A stretch of 38,526 bases of DNA from Thermoplasmatota archaeon (GTDB lineage: Archaea > Thermoplasmatota > E2 > DHVEG-1): assembly GCA_029907305.1 (NCBI GenBank), contig JARYMC010000001.1, positions 1 to 38,526 on the forward strand. Reading direction: 5' to 3'. Below, piece after piece: positions 32,836-38,526 of this stretch; position 1 is the stretch's first letter, and every line of letters begins with the position of its first letter. The notes under the pieces were generated by a model. That model had not been told where the DNA came from. It saw only the letters and a program-made list of their open reading frames with translations, and searched no databases. The position numbers were made by a program, and so were the translations under genes.

Positions 32836-33432
32836 ATGGAACAAAAAAATATATTGGCAAACCCGGCACCATTAGGTTTGATGGGTTTCGGGATGACGAC
32901 TGTACTGTTGAACATACACAACGCAGTTCCCACAGAATATAAACTAACATCGATGATTCTTGCTATGGGAATATTTTATGGTGGACTAGCACAAATAATC
33001 GCTGGGATACTTGAATATAGGAGAGGCAACACATTTGGTGTAACAGCTTTTACATCCTATGGTTTGTTCTGGTTGAGTCTTGTCGGGATTTTAATCATCC
33101 CTGAGATAATCACTAGTGGAACCTACGCAGTAAGCACAACAAAACCATTCCTAGCTTGGTACTTCTTCATGTGGGGTTTCTTCACAATGATGATGTTCAT
33201 CGGCGCATTAAAAAAGAACTGTTCACTATCATTTGTCTTCGGAAGCCTATTCATATTGTTCTACTTACTAGCATTGCGCGACTGGGGGTACATAACAGGT
33301 GATGCAGCAAACCTCATAGGCTACGAGGGAATAATCTGTGGTCTCAGCGCCATATACCTCGCAATGGCAGAAGTATTAAACGAGGTGTATGGAAAAACCA
33401 TTCTACCAATCGGAAAACCCTTAATAAAATAA
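32836..33432 (+). CDS. GPR1/FUN34/YaaH-family acetate/succinate channel (SatP-like)
   Basis: Family signature '[18 protein letters not shown]', six hydrophobic segments, and '[16 protein letters not shown]'. Confidence 0.85.
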   Translation: MEQKNILANPAPLGLMGFGMTTVLLNIHNAVPTEYKLTSMILAMGIFYGGLAQIIAGILEYRRGNTFGVTAFTSYGLFWLSLVGILIIPEIITSGTYAVSTTKPFLAWYFFMWGFFTMMMFIGALKKNCSLSFVFGSLFILFYLLALRDWGYITGDAANLIGYEGIICGLSAIYLAMAEVLNEVYGKTILPIGKPLIK

Positions 33433-33434
33433 AT

Positions 33435-34421
33435 TCATAGTTCAATCAACTGATATGAGGATGATCCTAAACCGATCTCCTCACCATACCTTATTTGTTT
33501 AAACGGGTCCACCTCAGTTTCCTTCTGAAAAACATCTTTTTTAACATCATTTATTAGATCAAGCGATGCCTTATCTATAGCAACAGGATCACTAGAAACA
33601 AGGAAACCGATATCAGGCACAACTATAGGTCCTGGGAAAGGATCACAGTCACAGCTACCAGCCATACGCCTAAGCTCATTTATGTAAATCACATTCTTAT
33701 CAGCAACACAAGCATATGCTGCTAGAACAAGAAGATACTGCAAATCAATATCAACATGTTTAATAGCCTTGTTTTTACAGACATCAACACAGACACCACA
33801 ACCAAAACAAGCCCTGTTACTGAAACTCCATTTATCCCTAGATACCTTTATAGCATCAAAAGGACACATCTCAGCGCACACACCACAAAAAGTACAAGCA
33901 TCCTTATTATAAACAGGTCTGCTACCATGATGCATCCTCTTTTTCGTCTCCCTAGTTACACCACCCATACCAAAGTTTTTTATCGCACCACCAAGACCAG
34001 TCTGAATATGACCCTTCACATGAGAAACAGCAACAATATGTGTAGACTCAAACAGCTGTGTAGCAACATCAAAAACCCGGTTTTCAACAGTAACAGGAAC
34101 ACCGGTGTCACCAATAACAACATCGCAACCAATCTTATTCTTAGAAAAACCATGCATCCTAGCAAGCTTCTCATAACCAGTTTTTGTGCTACGCAAACCA
34201 GGGTAAGCAACAGTTGTATCAAACAAAAAAGGCTCAGCACCAAAACCTTTTATTTCATCAACAACCATTTTAACAAAATCAGCTGGTGGATAATTCTGGT
34301 TTTTCACCTCACCCATATGAAGCTTAACAGGAGTTTTTTTACCAGCAAAACCATCCATGTTAAAACTAGATAAAGCCTCATGCAGTTTATTTAAATCCTT
34401 GAAAAAAACAACCTTACTCAT
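33435..34421 (-). CDS. DUF362-family protein with an inserted 2x[4Fe-4S] ferredoxin domain
   Basis: 'CTFCGVCAEMCPFDAI' and 'CFGCGVCVDVCKNKAI'. The ATG at 34421 forms an ATGA overlap with the upstream gene's stop. The track ORF extends to 34439. Confidence 0.75.
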   Translation of the reverse strand: MSKVVFFKDLNKLHEALSSFNMDGFAGKKTPVKLHMGEVKNQNYPPADFVKMVVDEIKGFGAEPFLFDTTVAYPGLRSTKTGYEKLARMHGFSKNKIGCDVVIGDTGVPVTVENRVFDVATQLFESTHIVAVSHVKGHIQTGLGGAIKNFGMGGVTRETKKRMHHGSRPVYNKDACTFCGVCAEMCPFDAIKVSRDKWSFSNRACFGCGVCVDVCKNKAIKHVDIDLQYLLVLAAYACVADKNVIYINELRRMAGSCDCDPFPGPIVVPDIGFLVSSDPVAIDKASLDLINDVKKDVFQKETEVDPFKQIRYGEEIGLGSSSYQLIEL

Positions 34422-35716
34422 CCAACGATTTTCTCCCATTTCTTTAGTTTAAGAACGCTACCGAGTGACCCGCCACCTTTTATCTCCTCACGGATGCGGT
34501 TCTCCTGCTCCTTAACATCCAAAGCCCTGTTAGCTATTTCCTGTGCAATCTCCTGTGGCACAACAACAACACCAGAGTCGTCACCAATTATCCAGTCACC
34601 GGTTCTAACAATCTGGCCACCACATTTTATCTCAGCACCTATCTCACCGAAACCCTTTGGTTCACCAGCATTAGAAGAAACATGCCTAGAGAAAACAGGG
34701 AAATCCATCTTAACAATATCATCAAGGTCTCTTATCGCACCATCAACCACAACACCACTAAGACCCTTGATTTTAGCACTCCAAGTAGCGAGCTCGCCCC
34801 ACACAGCAGTCCTACCACCATTAACATCAACAACTAAGACATCCCCCTTCTCAGCTTTATCGATGCCTTGTATTGGTTTAGCCCAATCACCATCAATCGT
34901 ACATACAGTGAGCGCCTTTCCAACCATATGAAAACCTAGTTTAACAGGTCTTATACCATGCATAGCACCATGTTTATGCATAGCATCAGAGATGTTTGGT
35001 GTTGAAACCTTCATAAAAGCCTCTCTAAGCTCTGTCTTATCATATTTTTTATGAAGCTCAGTAGGAACAGGTTTTTTCTCAGAAACAGCTTTTTTTATCT
35101 GTTTAGCAGCCTTGGTTACATCCTTAGCCTTGGTTATAGCACCACCAACTATTATTATGCTAGCACCTGCTTTAACAACATCAGCAACAGTCTCACTGTT
35201 CAACCCACCAGCAACAGCAACAGGTAGACTAGTTGATTTAACAACAGAACGAAGCACATCAAACGGTTTTTTACCCATCATCTGCTCATCTATACCAACA
35301 TGGATACAAAGATAATCAACACCAAATTTCTCCATCTGTTTAGCACGCCTAAGCTTATCTCTGACACCAATAAGGTCAACCATGATTTTTGTACCATATT
35401 TACGAGCAGACTTCAAAGCATCAATTATAGTGGCATCATCAGAGACACCAAGTATGCAAACAACATCAGCTCCTGCTTTTGCAGCCATCTCAGTCTCAAG
35501 AGCACCAGTATCCATGGTTTTCATATCAGCAACAACAATGTTCTTAGGGAAACTCTGTTTAAGCCTCCTTATAACATCCATGCCCTCGCTTTTTATCAGA
35601 GGTGTACCAGCCTCAAGCCAACAGTTTGGGTCACCTTTTACCGCATCCCGAGCTATAACTAGGGCTCTATGAGCATTCAGAAGATCAAGCGCCACTTGAA
35701 TAGTTGCCTCCCGCAT
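34418..35716 (-). CDS. Fusion protein: 3-hexulose-6-phosphate synthase (OMPdecase-like) N-domain plus RraA/DlpA-like C-domain
   Basis: N-domain: 'IQVALDLL...WLEAGTPLIKSEGMDVIRRLKQSFP...VADMKTMDTGALE...HVGIDEQ...VAVAGGL'. C-domain: 'ISDAMHKHGAMHGIRPV...GDVLVVDVNGGRTAVWGELATWSAKIKGLSGVVVDGAIRD'. Confidence 0.8.
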   Translation of the reverse strand: MREATIQVALDLLNAHRALVIARDAVKGDPNCWLEAGTPLIKSEGMDVIRRLKQSFPKNIVVADMKTMDTGALETEMAAKAGADVVCILGVSDDATIIDALKSARKYGTKIMVDLIGVRDKLRRAKQMEKFGVDYLCIHVGIDEQMMGKKPFDVLRSVVKSTSLPVAVAGGLNSETVADVVKAGASIIIVGGAITKAKDVTKAAKQIKKAVSEKKPVPTELHKKYDKTELREAFMKVSTPNISDAMHKHGAMHGIRPVKLGFHMVGKALTVCTIDGDWAKPIQGIDKAEKGDVLVVDVNGGRTAVWGELATWSAKIKGLSGVVVDGAIRDLDDIVKMDFPVFSRHVSSNAGEPKGFGEIGAEIKCGGQIVRTGDWIIGDDSGVVVVPQEIAQEIANRALDVKEQENRIREEIKGGGSLGSVLKLKKWEKIVG

Positions 35717-35810
35717 AGCAACCTGAATAAAACAACCTAGTTAAAAAACATTAGGGTGAAGATATAAAGAAAAGCTTAATTATCCCAACAGGCTAATACA
35801 AAGCTAGTTT

Positions 35811-36617
35811 ATGATGAAAAACGAGAAAATCTCTAAGTTCCACAAAAGATCAAAAGAAGATTTAGAGGATTTCATAAAAAAACTAGAGCTGCAAGCACTA
35901 GAAACAGCAGAAGAAAGACTACCACTCTACATGGAAGTTGGACTAAAAGAGGCAAAAATTATCTTAGATGTAGGCTGCGGATCAGGGATAGTAACAAGAG
36001 ATATAGCACGCCTAACCAAAGGCAAGGTAATAGCAGTAGACGGCTCAAAAGATATGCTAAAAGTAGCAAAAAATATTCTAAACAACCACAAAAACGTGGA
36101 ACTATGCATGGGCAGCGCAGAAAATCTACCATTCTGCGATAACACATTTGATATTGTAACATGTAACCTACTATTAATGTGGGTTAACAAACCTCAAAAT
36201 GTTGTCAATGAGATGACACGTGTAACCAAAAAAGGTGGAACAGTACTAGCAACCCTTGAGCCAGACTATGGTGGCAAACTACATTGGCCTGAGAACAAAA
36301 AGGTTGATCCTATATTTGCTGGAGAAGCTATAAAGAAAAAAGGTGGAGACCCACACATAGGCAGAAAACTCCGCTACCTTTTTGTGAAAGCAGGTTTAAA
36401 AACCAAGGTTGGAATAGGAAACACCCGTATATGGAGCTGCGAAGAAGACAAAGCATATTACCTACACTCCAGAGACTTCTACATAAAAACCCTGCGTGAA
36501 GCTAGTTTAACCGAAAAGGAGATAGATAAATGGGAATACGAATACCTAAAATCACTGGACGAGGGTGTGCAGCTAAACTTTTTCCCACAATTCTATGCCA
36601 TAGGTAAGAAAACATAG
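35811..36617 (+). CDS. Class I SAM-dependent methyltransferase
   Basis: Motif I 'ILDVGCGSGIVTRDIA' and 'FDIVTCNLLLMWV'. Confidence 0.75.
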   Translation: MMKNEKISKFHKRSKEDLEDFIKKLELQALETAEERLPLYMEVGLKEAKIILDVGCGSGIVTRDIARLTKGKVIAVDGSKDMLKVAKNILNNHKNVELCMGSAENLPFCDNTFDIVTCNLLLMWVNKPQNVVNEMTRVTKKGGTVLATLEPDYGGKLHWPENKKVDPIFAGEAIKKKGGDPHIGRKLRYLFVKAGLKTKVGIGNTRIWSCEEDKAYYLHSRDFYIKTLREASLTEKEIDKWEYEYLKSLDEGVQLNFFPQFYAIGKKT

Positions 36618-36661
36618 AGTTTATAACCATATATATAGATTCTATTTTTGGAAACAAAAAT

Positions 36662-37519
36662 ATGACCGCTAAGATAATCTATGGTAAACCAATAGCAGAA
36701 GATATACGTAAAAAAATAAAAAAAGAAATCACAATTCTACAAAAAAAACATGGGGTTAAACCAAGTATTACCACAATCAAAATTGGGGAAGACCCATCAT
36801 CAGAACTCTATCTAAAATTAAGAGACAAAGCCTGTGAAGAAGTAGGAATAAAATCAAGACATCTAGTTTTTCATAAAAACGCCCCTGAAAAAAAGGTTTT
36901 AGAATCAATAAAAAAATTAAATGATGACAACAGCATTCATGGTATCCTAATTCAATACCCTGTGCCAAAACATATATCCCCGGATAAACTTATGAAAACA
37001 GTTGATCCCAGTAAAGATGTTGAGGGTTTCAACCCAAAGAACATGGGTGGACTCTTGATTGGTGATGAACACATAGTATCATGCACACCCTTGGCTGTTT
37101 TAACTATACTAGAATACGAAAAAACCGTTCTTAAAAGCAAAAATGTAACCATCGTTAATCATAGCAACGTAGTCGGTAAACCATTGGCAGCTCTTTTCCT
37201 TAACAGGAATGCAACCGTCTCTGTTTGTCATGTTTACACAGATGATATAAAGAAGTATACAAACAAGGCGGACATCCTTGTGACAGCTACTGGTAAACCA
37301 AAACTTATAACAAAAGATCATGTGAAAAACAATAGTTTCGTGATAGATGTTGGCATCAACAAAACAAAAAACGGTTTATGCGGTGACGTAGATTTTGATT
37401 CCGTTAAAGAAAAAATAGGAAAAATCACACCTGTACCTGGTGGTGTAGGACCAGTTACAGTTGCTTGTTCATTGATAAACATGATTAAAACATTTAAAAA
37501 CTGTGTTGAGGAAAAATAA
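36662..37519 (+). CDS. folD: Bifunctional methylenetetrahydrofolate dehydrogenase/methenyl-THF cyclohydrolase
   Basis: 'AKIIYGKPIAEDIRKKIK', 'PSITTIKIGEDPSSELYLKLRDKACEEVGI', 'HGILIQYPVPKHI', 'DVEGFNPKNMGGL', 'TPVPGGVGPVTVA'. Confidence 0.9.
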   Translation: MTAKIIYGKPIAEDIRKKIKKEITILQKKHGVKPSITTIKIGEDPSSELYLKLRDKACEEVGIKSRHLVFHKNAPEKKVLESIKKLNDDNSIHGILIQYPVPKHISPDKLMKTVDPSKDVEGFNPKNMGGLLIGDEHIVSCTPLAVLTILEYEKTVLKSKNVTIVNHSNVVGKPLAALFLNRNATVSVCHVYTDDIKKYTNKADILVTATGKPKLITKDHVKNNSFVIDVGINKTKNGLCGDVDFDSVKEKIGKITPVPGGVGPVTVACSLINMIKTFKNCVEEK

Positions 37520-37522
37520 GAT

Positions 37523-37912
37523 ATGAACAAATACAGTGTTTTATCTTTTATGTGTTTCATTGTTGGTATAGCATTTTTTGTAATAGGTTTTCTAACCGGC
37601 GAAATACAAGGAGGAATCCTTGTTGTATTCCCATTTATTGTTGGCTCTGGTTTATATGCGTTAGCAGGTTTTATCATGATTTCCATTGCGATATTATTGT
37701 TTATTTTTGGATTTACTAGAAATATACAAACAGAGGAAAACTACTATGATCTTGGTGAACCAGCTAAAAAATCATCTGTGAAAGGCGGTGGGGTTGTTCT
37801 CATTTGGCCAATACCAATTGTTTTTGGGTCAAACTGGAAAATAGCAATCCTACTCATGATTCTAAGTATTATACTTATAGTAACCATGTTCTTTTTCCTA
37901 AGATTCATATAA
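37523..37912 (+). CDS. Small archaeal membrane protein (DUF131/TIGR00304-like)
   Basis: TM helices plus the 'GGGVVLIWPIPIVFGS' motif. Confidence 0.55.
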   Translation: MNKYSVLSFMCFIVGIAFFVIGFLTGEIQGGILVVFPFIVGSGLYALAGFIMISIAILLFIFGFTRNIQTEENYYDLGEPAKKSSVKGGGVVLIWPIPIVFGSNWKIAILLMILSIILIVTMFFFLRFI

Positions 37913-37925
37913 AAAAAATTTTGGC

Positions 37926-38526
37926 TCATGTCCGTAAGTTGTCGGATAGAATAATTTCAAACCATTGATCTTTTTCATTCAGCAGGAACGCAAGAAAATC
38001 AAGATACCCTTGGAGGTAGTTCTTTGATACTCCCCGGTATCTTCTGAGGTAACTCCTAATAAAAACCATTCCTGTTTTTCACAATTGTTTACATGAATGT
38101 CTCCATTTGCCCATTCATGATTTCCATTGGTTAACTATGTGATGTTCTTGTACTTCTGGAATCTTCTCAGCAATCCCTTCATAGATGGTGTATTCATCGG
38201 TATTCATAATCACATCCCCGTTGATCAAACTTTGAAGCTTTCCAATAAAATGTTGGAAGGTTTTTTTCATTACTTTGTATCTAACCCTCGGGGTGCTCCT
38301 CCCCCTTTTTACGATCGTAAGCACTGGTGGTTTATCTTTCCAGTCATGTGCCTCGTCCTCGTGTTCGTAATCCTCTTTTTCAGGCACCCGGGTGTTTTTT
38401 TATCCCTTTAGCACCTGCATGAACATAGGCTTCATCCAATTCAATAATTCCTTCAATGGTGATTTTATGAGCATGATATGACGCATGTTCATGAGCTCTA
38501 TGAACAAAATCAAGAACTGAATCATA
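37926..38526 (-). mobile_element. IS1595-family (ISXO2-like DDE) transposase remnant, frameshifted; continues beyond the window
   Basis: Minus-strand fragments lie in at least three different frames. They read 'YDSVLDFVHRAHEH...IEGIIELDEAYVHAGAKGIKKHPGA*', then 'PVLTIVKRGRST..INGDVIMNTDEYTIYEGI...HHIVN', then 'NHEWANGDIHVNNCE', then 'IRSYLRRYRGVSKNYLQGYLDFLAFLLNEKDQW...*' (stop at 37926-37928). Confidence 0.7.

Overview
Low-GC archaeal chromosomal window. Archaeal markers are ribosomal proteins L37e, S19e, L39e and L31e, aIF6, an LSm protein, RNase P Rpr2, SepF and one tRNA-Arg. All calls come from reading the ORF track and sequence by eye, with no searches run.

The centre (7.36-26.04 kb) is an ~18.7 kb non-archaellum type IV filament locus. 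It encodes a FlaI/TadA-type ATPase with a ~300 aa Lys/Glu-rich N-terminal extension and two half-size FlaJ/TadBC-type platform proteins. Six consecutive ORFs follow, each starting with a prepilin-like (class III) signal peptide. Three of these are giant (1136, 1814 and 1050 aa) and carry beta-helix, PKD, FN3-like, DNRLRE-like and LamG-like modules.

Main candidate for something new: two of the giant 'pilins' contain paralogous ~136 aa Hint (intein-like) modules. Each sits exactly where a large cassette interrupts a pilin-like scaffold, and each has a non-nucleophilic +1 residue (Asp or Pro). That points to autoproteolytic or thioester processing rather than splicing.

Other notable points:
- a 318 bp near-perfect tandem repeat inside one adhesin gene
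- a kb-scale mosaic of plus-strand A+C-rich and G+T-rich blocks that ignores gene boundaries and orientation, including a ~320 bp patch in the ATPase core
- an irregular 7-copy GTTCAAAA-type repeat array in a 520 bp intergenic region
- decayed oppC/oppD genes and a decayed IS1595-like transposase
- a serpin next to a C25-like peptidase
- a valS whose KMSKS motif reads PMHAS
- an HPS-RraA fusion near folD
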